From positions 1 to 29,235 of the forward strand of contig JAPLDX010000064.1 of assembly GCA_026391215.1 (NCBI GenBank): 29,235 nt of DNA. Reading direction: 5' to 3'. The stretch comes from Bacteroidia bacterium. Lineage in GTDB: Bacteria > Bacteroidota > Bacteroidia > Bacteroidales > VadinHA17. Position numbers and translations under genes: made by a program. Below are positions 9,338 through 17,664 of the stretch, piece by piece (the stretch's first letter is position 1; each line of letters begins with the position of its first letter). The notes under the pieces were generated by a model. The model saw only the letters and a program-made list of their open reading frames with translations, had not been told where the DNA came from and searched no databases.

Positions 9338-10479
9338 ATTATTTCAGGTAATGGTTGTGCGTTTTTTGGTAATATGACAATGAATTTAGTACCCACATCA
9401 GGTGTACTTTCCACCTTTATCTCACCATGGTACAATTCGATCACTTTTCTTACAATTGATAATCCGAGACCGCTCCCCGAGATATTCTTTGTCCGTTCGT
9501 TTTTTACCCTCATAAAATCCTTGAACAGGTTCTCTCTGTCTTCCGGAGAGATTCCTATTCCTGTATCGGAGAAAGTCAGAATTACTTCATTATCAGTACT
9601 GTCAATACTGATTTCAGCGTTGCCTCCAAACCTGTTGTACTTGACAGCATTTGATATCAGGTTATTAAAGATAATTTCCATGTCTTCAGGATCAGCCATA
9701 AACAATGAATCGTTCCTGACGTCAAGATTTATGCTCACCTCCATTTGTATGGCATAAGGCTGAACAGTGATTATTGCGTCCTTTGCGACTTCAGCAAGAT
9801 CAACTTTCTGAATCTTCTCATCTTTTCTTTCAAGACGGATCTTGGTGAAATCAAGCAGATCCATTATGAGGTTTCTCATGCCCTGTATCCTCTGAAGGGA
9901 TCTGTCGATCTGATTTGCATAGTCATCAATTTTATCGCCTGCCTGTTTCTCATGCATCATCCTGAGGTATCCTTCCAGTGCATTTAATGGAGCTTTCAGC
10001 TCATGTGAAAGAACTGAAAGAAACTGAGACCTGATCTTTTTCCCGTCCTCGGCCAGTTTATTAGTGACTTTTTTAAGGTAAAGCTGCTTGGATATGTTTT
10101 CAACGCTTGACTTAAGCTCCTGTGGTGTGAATGGCTTGGGAATAAAATCTGTTGCGCCATCCCTGGTAGCCTTGATGGCCACATCCAGAGATGCATAGGA
10201 TGTGATCATGGCAGTCGCTATATCATATTTCTTTTCCCGTATATACTCCAGCACCTCTACACCCTGCATCCCGGGTAATTTATTATCAAGAAGAAGTATA
10301 TCTGGTTTGTCTTTGTCAATGATGCTGATCCCTTCCTCTCCTGAAGCGGCAGTCATCACTTCAAATGTATAATCCTCATCCATGAAAGGATATGTAACAT
10401 GGAAGTTTCCCAGTATCCTGGTTACACCCGACCTTATCCCTGGTTCATCATCAATAACAAGCACCTTTAAAACAGCCAT
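9334..10479 (-). CDS. Hybrid receiver-histidine kinase (REC-HisKA-HATPase), cytoplasmic, no sensor domain
   Basis: VIDDE, LLDNKLP, FIPKPF; H-box SHELKAPL; N-box NLISNAVKY; DTGIGI; GSGLGL. Confidence 0.93.
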   Translation of the reverse strand: MAVLKVLVIDDEPGIRSGVTRILGNFHVTYPFMDEDYTFEVMTAASGEEGISIIDKDKPDILLLDNKLPGMQGVEVLEYIREKKYDIATAMITSYASLDVAIKATRDGATDFIPKPFTPQELKSSVENISKQLYLKKVTNKLAEDGKKIRSQFLSVLSHELKAPLNALEGYLRMMHEKQAGDKIDDYANQIDRSLQRIQGMRNLIMDLLDFTKIRLERKDEKIQKVDLAEVAKDAIITVQPYAIQMEVSINLDVRNDSLFMADPEDMEIIFNNLISNAVKYNRFGGNAEISIDSTDNEVILTFSDTGIGISPEDRENLFKDFMRVKNERTKNISGSGLGLSIVRKVIELYHGEIKVESTPDVGTKFIVILPKNAQPLPEII

Positions 10480-10480
10480 G

Positions 10481-10876
10481 TCAGATCTTTAATAGTTTCA
10501 TTATTTCCTGGTCGAGCTGTTCAGCCCTGATACCTTTCTCAAGATACCTGTCAGCCCTTATCCATGATTTTTCCATCCCGGAGTCAAGGCTGAAGGACAT
10601 TCCTGTCTCGCGCGATACTGCAGTTGCAAGGATCACCGGCACATCCGGATACAATTTCTTGATCTTGTAACACAGTATAAATCCGCTGTCATCGGTTTCC
10701 ATCATAAGATCAAATATCGCCAGGTCGGGCTTAAACTTAGTTATTATTGATTCCGCCTCTGCCTGGCTCTCCGCCGTAATTGTCTTATAGCCTGCCTTTC
10801 CCAGGTTAAACACCGTCTGGAAAAGATAATCAGGATCATCATCGGCCACCAAAATCGTGTAATCGCTCTTCTTCAT
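10481..10876 (-). CDS. Single-domain response regulator (receiver only)
   Basis: VADDD, IFDLMM (phospho-Asp), LATA, LEKG; 131 aa with no output domain. Confidence 0.9.
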   Translation of the reverse strand: MKKSDYTILVADDDPDYLFQTVFNLGKAGYKTITAESQAEAESIITKFKPDLAIFDLMMETDDSGFILCYKIKKLYPDVPVILATAVSRETGMSFSLDSGMEKSWIRADRYLEKGIRAEQLDQEIMKLLKI

Positions 10877-10933
10877 TGTATTGCAAATATCTGATAATTC
10901 ATTTTACTTATTCTGATCTGTAAATTACTTAAT

Positions 10934-10999
10934 GTCATGCAAGTCGTGCAAGTCGTGCAAGTCGTGCAAGTCGTGCAGGTCGAACAAGGTTTGCATGAC
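10934..10999. repeat. 9-bp tandem repeat (6 units, GTCRTGCAA) closed by an inverted copy
   Basis: gtcatgcaa, 3x gtcgtgcaa, gtcgtgcag, gtcgaacaa (10934-10987); ttgcatgac at 10991-10999 is the reverse complement of unit 1. Confidence 0.9.
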
Positions 11000-11000
11000 C

Positions 11001-12962
11001 TTATTCTTTTCTTCTTGGCAACACAATCTTAAAACTCGTTCCTGTCTTCCCTTTTGCCGGATCCGTATTGGACTCGACAGTTATCTGTCCTTTATGCATC
11101 TTCACAACACCATAGGCCGTAGCCAGTCCCAGTCCGGTGCCAAATCCCACGCCCTTGGTCGTGAAGAATGGTTCAAACATCTTAGCCTTATCCTTTTCTT
11201 TAATACCTGTACCTGAATCACTTACAGTAATGATTACATCGCTCAGGGTATCTTCGAGCAATATATTTATTTCTCCCCCTCCAGGCATTGCTTCAAATGC
11301 ATTCTTAACAAGATTATTAAGCACCTGCATCATCTGTTCCAGATCGAGCATTGCTTCAGGATTGGTTGTTTTATCGATAATTTTTATACTCACATTGTCA
11401 GGAACGATCAGGCTCTCCAGGCTTTGATTTACCATTTCCCTGATATTTACCAGCTGATGGTTAACCTGGTTTTTCCTGGCAAAATTCAGCAGTCCTGCCA
11501 CAATTTTCTTGCAACGCCCTGCCTGCTCCACAATTAGTCTCAGATCTTCCCTGACGGGATCACCGTCCTTACTTTCATCCAGTAAAATATTGCTATACAT
11601 GATAACTACCCCCAGAGGATTATTGAGCTCATGAGCAATACCTGCAGAAAGCTGGCCCATGTGTGCAAGCTTCTCAGATTGTTTAAGAGCCTGCTTCATT
11701 TCTCTGAGTTTCTCATTGGAGAGTGCAAGGTCGTTGACTGATCTATGGAGTTTTTCAATGGTATATGGAAGGCACATCTCCACTTCAGCAAGTCCTTTTT
11801 TTATGGCAACCGCATGTTCAACACAGCTTTCATAGCCGCATGCACCACAGTCAAGCTGATCTTTTTTTGTAATCTTGCCCATCGATATAAGCACCTCTTC
11901 AACATCTTGTTCTTCCAATACCAGTACCCGGTGATCATCAGCTTTATGATGAACCGAAAGATCGATGGAAGAAAACTCATTGAATGCCTGCTGCCAGGCA
12001 TTATGGTCTTCTTGCTGCATCTTGCCATTTGCATAGCTGCTGATCAGAGTTCTCCTGTTGTACTGTTTCCCGTTTTTTGAAAGACCCGGCCCCATAATGC
12101 ATCCTTCACAGCAAAGAAGCTCCACATGCTGTTTCTTTATAAGTCCTGCTTCAAACTCTTTCAGCGCCTCCTGGAAATCGATCCTTCCTTCAGCGGCAAT
12201 AATATTTCCAGTTATTGCGTCGTCGTTTATATTTGCAGCCTGCAACAGTCCCCTCGTGACAGGGAATATTGCTCCTCGCCGGCCGGCCGGAGGATCAAAA
12301 TCTGAAGGCTGGCTGTTTGCAGCAGAAATACCCAGGTTTGAGAAGAGTTCTCTCAATTCAACAAAGGTGATTGCCTCATCCACCTCACTGCTCTCAGCTT
12401 TTTTTGCAACACACGGACCGATGAAAACTACTTTTGTATCCTTTCCGTATTTTTCATGCATAACCTTGCTCATGGCAACCATTGGCGATACAACAGGAAT
12501 CAGGTTATCAGCAAGTCCGGGATGGTAGAATTTTACATAATTGACTATTGACGGACAATCAGATGAAATGTAGTATTCTTTACTTTCAGCTATAAGCTTT
12601 TTGTATTTTTCAGCAACAAGATCAGCTCCAAAAGAGACTTCAGATACGTATTTAAAGCCAATTGATCTTATCATTCCAACCAAAGATCTGTGATCACGGA
12701 TATCGTAAAACTCTGCGGGGAAACTTGGTGCCAGTATTGCAGCAACTTTTGGTTCATTTTTAATCAGGGTCAATACCCTATCGGTCGTATGAAGAAACAC
12801 TTTTGCACCCTGGCTGCAGACTTTTGTGCAGTTGCCGCAGGCAATGCATCTCTCATCTATCACCTCAGCCTGTCCTCCGACTATACGGATAGCCTTGGCA
12901 GGGCATTCCCTGACGCAGGTGTAGCATGTTCGGCAAAGTTCCTTTATTGTATATACCAGCAT
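11001..12962 (-). CDS. Sensory [FeFe]-hydrogenase-like domain fused to histidine kinase (group C type)
   Basis: Two CxxCxxCxxxC motifs, LAPSF, SSDCP, GPCVAKKAE, CCEGCIMGPG, FeS domain DCGACGYESC, coiled coil, AHELNNP, NLVKNA, DSGTGI, PFFTTK, GTGLGL. Confidence 0.9.
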   Translation of the reverse strand: MLVYTIKELCRTCYTCVRECPAKAIRIVGGQAEVIDERCIACGNCTKVCSQGAKVFLHTTDRVLTLIKNEPKVAAILAPSFPAEFYDIRDHRSLVGMIRSIGFKYVSEVSFGADLVAEKYKKLIAESKEYYISSDCPSIVNYVKFYHPGLADNLIPVVSPMVAMSKVMHEKYGKDTKVVFIGPCVAKKAESSEVDEAITFVELRELFSNLGISAANSQPSDFDPPAGRRGAIFPVTRGLLQAANINDDAITGNIIAAEGRIDFQEALKEFEAGLIKKQHVELLCCEGCIMGPGLSKNGKQYNRRTLISSYANGKMQQEDHNAWQQAFNEFSSIDLSVHHKADDHRVLVLEEQDVEEVLISMGKITKKDQLDCGACGYESCVEHAVAIKKGLAEVEMCLPYTIEKLHRSVNDLALSNEKLREMKQALKQSEKLAHMGQLSAGIAHELNNPLGVVIMYSNILLDESKDGDPVREDLRLIVEQAGRCKKIVAGLLNFARKNQVNHQLVNIREMVNQSLESLIVPDNVSIKIIDKTTNPEAMLDLEQMMQVLNNLVKNAFEAMPGGGEINILLEDTLSDVIITVSDSGTGIKEKDKAKMFEPFFTTKGVGFGTGLGLATAYGVVKMHKGQITVESNTDPAKGKTGTSFKIVLPRRKE

Positions 12963-12968
12963 ATCTTT

Positions 12969-14690
12969 TTATAAAAGAACATTTCTCTTCTCAAAATGAG
13001 TATAAAAGATCTTCTTATCTGATATCTCCTTGTTTTCCTTAATTAGCTTTTCATACAGGTTTCGAAGCACCGGTGATTTGCAGGGTAGGCTGACAGCATC
13101 CGATTCATCAGCCTGGTAGATCATTTTAGCCCTGCTCTTCTTTTCATCCTTTGATCCGTTGAATGTAAGACCGGCTCCGTTAATGCATCCTCCGGGACAG
13201 GTCATGACCTCGATAAGGTCATATCTCTTCCCTGCAGCCTGTGATGCTTTCAGTTTTTCAAGCCCTTTCAGTCCATCTACAACTGCGACATTGATTTCAA
13301 TCTCTCCAATGCTGAATGAGGCTTCCCTGAATGAGTTGCCTGACCGTAGTTTTTTGAACAACTGTCTCTCAGCTTCAGTTTTTGATATCCTGAACCAGGC
13401 TGATCTTATCACTCCCTCTGCCAGTCCACCTGATACTTCAGCTATTGCAGATACGGAGCTTCTTCCTTCCATTGGCTCGTCAGCCGGTTCCTGGTCAGCA
13501 TTTGTGACGTCAATCCCATATAGCCTGATAAGCCTTGCAAGCTCCCTTATTGTGAGGACTGCATCAACATCGCTGATCCCCTTCCTCATCATTCCATCAC
13601 GCCGTGCTTCAAATTTCATTGCAGTGCATGGTGTGACAGAAACAGAAAATATTTTTTCAGGTTTGACTGCTGATTGTCCGGCAACCAGAGTTTTTATTAG
13701 CACGCCCGTTATCTGCTGTGGTGATTTTATTGTTGACAGATCAGGGATTACCGAAGGCATAAACTGTTCTGCATATTTAACCCAGGCAGGGCAGGCTGTA
13801 ATATATAAAGGCTTATCTGCCTTATTTTCAATTCTCTCCATAAGCTGATCTGTAAGCTCGGATATACAGATATCAGTTCCTGTGCCGGTGTTAAAGACCT
13901 TATCGAATCCGATCTTCCTCAATACTGAATTAATGATCCTGTCAAAATCCCTGTTGTACCTGATGCCCAATTCTTCGGCAATCCCCACAGGGACAAGAGG
14001 TGAATACTGTATAACCTTAAGTATCTCCGGTTTGTTCAGGTATTCCTGTACTTCAGTAATATTGTGCTTCTCATGCAGTGCTGCCGTAGGACAAACAACA
14101 ACGCACTGTCCGCAGTGAATGCAGCTCGAGAAATTAAAGTCACGGTCCATAGCTGGCCCGACATGTGTTGACTTGCCTTTATTGATAAAGTCGATAGATG
14201 TGGAAGTGATTATTTCCTCGCATACCCTTATACACCTGCCGCATAATATACATTTTGAAAGCTCCCTGACTATTGCCGGGCTTGACTGATCGAGGCGTGG
14301 TTTGATCTTTTTTGAACGTATTCGTCTCTCACTTATGTTAAGTTCTTCTGCAAGCCGCTGCAGCTCACAATCAAGGTTTCGGTCGCAGTAAAGGCAGTCA
14401 TCAGGATGGTTTGAAAGAAGAAGCTCAACTATAGTTTTTCTTGCAGTAATAACTCTTGGTGAATGCGTCTTGATCTTCATCCATTCCTCTACAGGCTGTG
14501 AACAGGCAGTGACCAGTCTGTCGCGGCCTTCAACCTCCACAACACACATCCTGCAGGCGCCGGTAGGTGTAAAATCCTTCATCCGGCAAAGGGTTGGAAT
14601 GATGATCCCGTTGCGGTTAAGTGCCGAAAGGATAGTTTCTCCTTTTTCAGCTCTGATCTTTTTATTATTTACCTGTATTGTAAAAACCAT
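12969..14690 (-). CDS. hydA: HydA/HndD-like subunit of trimeric NADH-linked [FeFe]-hydrogenase with degenerate H-cluster pocket
   Basis: The 2Fe-2S, His-ligated 4Fe-4S (HPDDCLYC..C) and 2x4Fe-4S motifs are intact. H-domain motifs read ITACPAW, TPCTAMKFE and EVMTCPGGCINGAG. Confidence 0.85.
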   Translation of the reverse strand: MVFTIQVNNKKIRAEKGETILSALNRNGIIIPTLCRMKDFTPTGACRMCVVEVEGRDRLVTACSQPVEEWMKIKTHSPRVITARKTIVELLLSNHPDDCLYCDRNLDCELQRLAEELNISERRIRSKKIKPRLDQSSPAIVRELSKCILCGRCIRVCEEIITSTSIDFINKGKSTHVGPAMDRDFNFSSCIHCGQCVVVCPTAALHEKHNITEVQEYLNKPEILKVIQYSPLVPVGIAEELGIRYNRDFDRIINSVLRKIGFDKVFNTGTGTDICISELTDQLMERIENKADKPLYITACPAWVKYAEQFMPSVIPDLSTIKSPQQITGVLIKTLVAGQSAVKPEKIFSVSVTPCTAMKFEARRDGMMRKGISDVDAVLTIRELARLIRLYGIDVTNADQEPADEPMEGRSSVSAIAEVSGGLAEGVIRSAWFRISKTEAERQLFKKLRSGNSFREASFSIGEIEINVAVVDGLKGLEKLKASQAAGKRYDLIEVMTCPGGCINGAGLTFNGSKDEKKSRAKMIYQADESDAVSLPCKSPVLRNLYEKLIKENKEISDKKIFYTHFEKRNVLL

Positions 14691-14695
14691 GGCCG

Positions 14696-16630
14696 CTATT
14701 TGACTGTTATCGCGCTGAACTTACAAATATCAAAGCATATCCCGCATCCTGTACATTTCTCTTCGACAATGAAAAACGGCTGCAGCCTGGTCCCGTAAAT
14801 TGCATTGACAGGACATTTTGATGCACATGCCGTGCACCCTGTACATTTGTCGACATCTATTGAAAATGTTCTCAGGCCTCTGCAGATATTTGCCCTGCAT
14901 TTTCTGTCAAAAATATGTTCCTCGAATTCCTCCCTGAAATTCTTCAGTGCACTAAGGAAAGGATTTGGAGCGGTCTGTCCCAGTCCGCATAGCGATGTAT
15001 CCTTCATTACTGAGGCAATGCTCTCCAGCTGCATTACACCTTTAAAGCGTTCGAGGGTGGTTCCTGAATCCTCATTCAGGGGTTTCTTTATTATACTTTC
15101 AAGTATCTCAAGCATTCTTCCTGTTCCTTCACGGCAGGGAATGCATTTTCCGCAGCTCTCATTACGCATGAATTCCATATAGTACCTTACCAGGTCGACC
15201 ATGCATGTATTTTCATCTATAATGACAAATCCGCCTGCACCCATGCCAATACCCTTTGCCTTCATGACATCAAAATCGATAGTCATATCCAGGTTATCAC
15301 GAGTGATGAACGAACCGGATACGCCTCCCACCTGGATGGCCTTGAATTCTTTTCCTTCCTTTATACCGTCTGCTATGTCTTCAAGTATTGTTCGTACTGA
15401 GGTTCCCATTTCAACTTCCACCACTCCCGACATGCGTCCTTTTCCTGCTATTGCAAAAATTTTTGTTCCGGGACTGTTCTCAGTACCTAGAGTGCGGAAC
15501 CATTCAGGACCATTCTGCATAATCACCGGCACATTCATAAGAGTCTCCACATTATTTATCACAGTCGGTTTGCTGAATAATCCTGATGTTGTCGGGAATG
15601 GAGGTTTAAGCTGGGGCATTCCCCTTCTGCCTTCAATGGTGTTGATCAGTGCTGTTTCCTCTCCGCAAACAAAAGCGCCTGGTTCCTTTCGAATTACAAT
15701 ATCCAGATTGTAACCGCTTGAAAATATGTTATGTCCGAGAAGTCCGAATTCTCTTGCCTTGTTAATGGCAAGCTGAATTATTTGCCTGGCATGCTCTGAT
15801 CCTTTCCTGAAGAATATAATTGCATTTGAAGCTCCTATGGCGTAAGATGCTATGGCTATACCTTCGATAAGCCTGAAAGGATCGCTTTCAAGAAGTGTCC
15901 TGTCGGTAAATGCTCCGGGATCACTCTCTTTAGCGTTGCATATCAGGTAACGGGAAGTTGAGCTGGTATTAAGCGCCTGTTTCCATTTAAGGCCTGTAAG
16001 ATAGCCTCCTCCGCTCCTTCCTCGCAGCCCGCTTCTCTCAATAATATCACATACTTCTTCAAAAGTATAGTGTCGTATAGCTTTAGCAAATGCCCGGAAT
16101 CCGTTACGGGCTATGTATTCAACAATGCTCTCAGGATCATAGCATCCGCAATTATTCATTACGATCTTCTTTTGCCGGGCGAAAAAAGGCATCTCTTCAA
16201 TAAAAGGTATTCCCGACCACATCTCAAATCCGTGGCTCCCTTGCTGTCCTGCAAGGTCATCTTCATTGATATCATTATGAAAAACGCCATTCAGCAGCAG
16301 CTCAACTTTTTCTTCTGTAATATTTCTGAAATAAAGCTTGTTTTTACCAGGAAGATGGATGCAGACCAGGGGTTCAAAGTTAGCAGGACCGAGGCAGCCA
16401 ACTTTTATCAAACTGGCTTTCAAAGCATTATCATCAATATATGCTTGTATTACTGACCTTGTTTTTTCATATCCGGCAATTATGCTGCTTGTTCCGGAAG
16501 ATATATAGATGACAGGAAATCCTGTTTTCTCACGCCTCACCTCCTGAAGAACCTTTTCAGTTTCTGCAGGCAAGGTGTCTGATTCGAACAGGAGTACCTT
16601 CTCAATCATGAATTTCTTCAAATCATCCAT
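14696..16630 (-). CDS. hydB: HydB/NuoF-like flavoprotein subunit (divergent)
   Basis: GLRGRSGGG, FVCGEETAL, NNVETL, ESCGKCIPCREG, SLCGLGQTAPNP and C-terminal 2x4Fe-4S. Confidence 0.88.
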   Translation of the reverse strand: MDDLKKFMIEKVLLFESDTLPAETEKVLQEVRREKTGFPVIYISSGTSSIIAGYEKTRSVIQAYIDDNALKASLIKVGCLGPANFEPLVCIHLPGKNKLYFRNITEEKVELLLNGVFHNDINEDDLAGQQGSHGFEMWSGIPFIEEMPFFARQKKIVMNNCGCYDPESIVEYIARNGFRAFAKAIRHYTFEEVCDIIERSGLRGRSGGGYLTGLKWKQALNTSSTSRYLICNAKESDPGAFTDRTLLESDPFRLIEGIAIASYAIGASNAIIFFRKGSEHARQIIQLAINKAREFGLLGHNIFSSGYNLDIVIRKEPGAFVCGEETALINTIEGRRGMPQLKPPFPTTSGLFSKPTVINNVETLMNVPVIMQNGPEWFRTLGTENSPGTKIFAIAGKGRMSGVVEVEMGTSVRTILEDIADGIKEGKEFKAIQVGGVSGSFITRDNLDMTIDFDVMKAKGIGMGAGGFVIIDENTCMVDLVRYYMEFMRNESCGKCIPCREGTGRMLEILESIIKKPLNEDSGTTLERFKGVMQLESIASVMKDTSLCGLGQTAPNPFLSALKNFREEFEEHIFDRKCRANICRGLRTFSIDVDKCTGCTACASKCPVNAIYGTRLQPFFIVEEKCTGCGICFDICKFSAITVK

Positions 16631-17110
16631 CTATTCATTTTCAATTATATACCTGAGCTTCTTAATGAGCTCCGGCAACTGATCTGCTTTAATATGTGTG
16701 TGATACTCCCCGTTGACGCTTATTACCGGACCATGATTACAGCCCCCCATGCATGTTTCAATTTCATAGCTGAAAATTCCGTCCCTGCCCGTCTGCCCCG
16801 GATCCAGCCCGGTTTCTTCCATGATCTTATTGATGACATACTGTGATCCATTAAGGAAGCATGATGTGCCGTTGCAAATTTTAATCTGAACTTTTCCTGC
16901 AGGTAAAAATCTGAACTGATCATAAAAGGTTGCAAGCCCGTAGATCTTTGTAGTGCTCAATCCCACAAAGCTGCCTGCCCTGATAATAGCCTCCTCAGAT
17001 AAATAACCACTGTCATCCTGTATCTCCTGGAGCATTGGAATAAGATCCTCCCTTCTGCCAGGTTTGTACTTTTTAAGTATTAAATCGATCTTTGTACTCA
17101 TCAGTACCAT
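16631..17110 (-). CDS. hydC: HydC/NuoE-like 2Fe-2S subunit (start at 17110 or 17101 rather than 17137)
   Basis: LIPMLQEIQ, IYGLATFY, CNGTSC...CMGGC. A promoter element at 17125-17132 lies inside the longer ORF-track call. Confidence 0.88.
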   Translation of the reverse strand: MVLMSTKIDLILKKYKPGRREDLIPMLQEIQDDSGYLSEEAIIRAGSFVGLSTTKIYGLATFYDQFRFLPAGKVQIKICNGTSCFLNGSQYVINKIMEETGLDPGQTGRDGIFSYEIETCMGGCNHGPVISVNGEYHTHIKADQLPELIKKLRYIIENE

Positions 17111-17124
17111 AGAAATATAATACA

Positions 17125-17132
17125 CAAATATA
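17125..17132 (-). promoter_or_regulatory. Bacteroidota -7 promoter element for the hydCBA operon
   Basis: Minus-strand TATATTTG matches TAnnTTTG. Confidence 0.65.
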
Positions 17133-17141
17133 TTCAATTTA

Positions 17142-17159
17142 TTGTTATAAAATAAACAT
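17142..17159. promoter_or_regulatory. Degenerate second Rex-like operator
   Basis: TTGTTAT-AAAA-TAAACAT, overlapping the perfect site by one base. Confidence 0.45.
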
Positions 17160-17176
17160 TGTTAATTTATTAACAA
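17159..17176. promoter_or_regulatory. Rex operator (perfect palindrome)
   Basis: TTGTTAA-TTTA-TTAACAA matches the TTGTTAA-N4-TTAACAA Rex box; rex lies in the downstream operon. Confidence 0.8.
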
Positions 17177-17352
17177 TAAAATATTAAAAAATAGTATTGT
17201 TATTGAACAAGCTATTTAATTGTAAAACAGCCCGTTACTGAAATATAGACAAAATAATGCCTAATAATTTGCCTCATTCACACTTGACGTCATCTATTTA
17301 ATTCTATGAATTTTACGTCCTCCAGGCATGATTGCCGCATGAAAATAATTAC

Positions 17353-17360
17353 TACTTTTG
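17353..17360 (+). promoter_or_regulatory. Bacteroidota -7 promoter element for the hfs-like operon
   Basis: TACTTTTG matches TAnnTTTG, about 31 nt upstream of the ATG at 17392. Confidence 0.65.
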
Positions 17361-17366
17361 AGGTTG

Positions 17367-17384
17367 TTGTTTATTTATAAACAG
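17367..17384. promoter_or_regulatory. Rex-like operator over the predicted start site of the hfs-like operon
   Basis: TTGTTTA-TTTA-TAAACAG: 7-4-7 near-palindrome with the same TTTA spacer as the perfect site. Confidence 0.65.
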
Positions 17385-17391
17385 TAAAGAG

Positions 17392-17646
17392 ATGACCAGG
17401 GAAGTCGAAATGCACATCTGTCTGGGCAGTTCCTGCTTTTCAAGGGGCAATAAGGAAGTTGTAATGTTCATCAGGGATTACCTGAAGAAGAACCATCTTG
17501 AAGACAAGGTTATTTTCAAAGGGGCCAGGTGCATGGGAAATTGCAGCAAGGGTCCTAACCTCAGGATTGATGACAGGATTGAAGAGGAAGTCACTATTGC
17601 AAGAATTGAAGAGATCCTTGAACGGGAATTGGCCAGATTGAAATAA
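17392..17646 (+). CDS. Thioredoxin-like [2Fe-2S] ferredoxin (HfsA-like)
   Basis: ICLGSSCF...CMGNCSKGP; 84 aa; precedes the PAS hydrogenase. Confidence 0.88.
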   Translation: MTREVEMHICLGSSCFSRGNKEVVMFIRDYLKKNHLEDKVIFKGARCMGNCSKGPNLRIDDRIEEEVTIARIEEILERELARLK

Positions 17647-17664
17647 CGTAATACAGGGACGAGA

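Noticed and set aside
10934-10999. Possible CRISPR array
   Set aside because: The units are 9 bp, contiguous and without spacers, and there are no cas genes.
10932-11216. ORF beginning MSCKSCKSCKSCKSC, resembling a Cys-rich metal-binding or RiPP precursor peptide
   Set aside because: It is a by-product of the 9-bp DNA repeat, and most of the ORF is antisense to the kinase gene. The nearby radical SAM genes are clearly HydE/HydG, not peptide maturases.
13159-13848. 229-aa plus-strand ORF and similar long antisense ORFs (e.g. 19976-20629, 23803-24384, 9242-9757)
   Set aside because: They are shadows of well-supported genes on the opposite strand and have no recognisable motifs.
12969-17110. 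Calling these genes respiratory complex I nuoEFG or pseudogenes
   Set aside because: There are no membrane nuo genes, and the large subunit has an H-domain rather than a molybdopterin-like domain. The ORFs are full length with Fe-S ligands largely kept, so they are not evidently pseudogenes.
17111-17137. ORF-track start of hydC at 17137
   Set aside because: The extension overlaps the predicted -7 promoter element, so ATG 17110 or 17101 is more plausible.
17193-17210. Additional Rex site around ttgttattgaacaa
   Set aside because: The spacing is 5-4-5, not 7-4-7, and such a match is likely by chance in AT-rich DNA.
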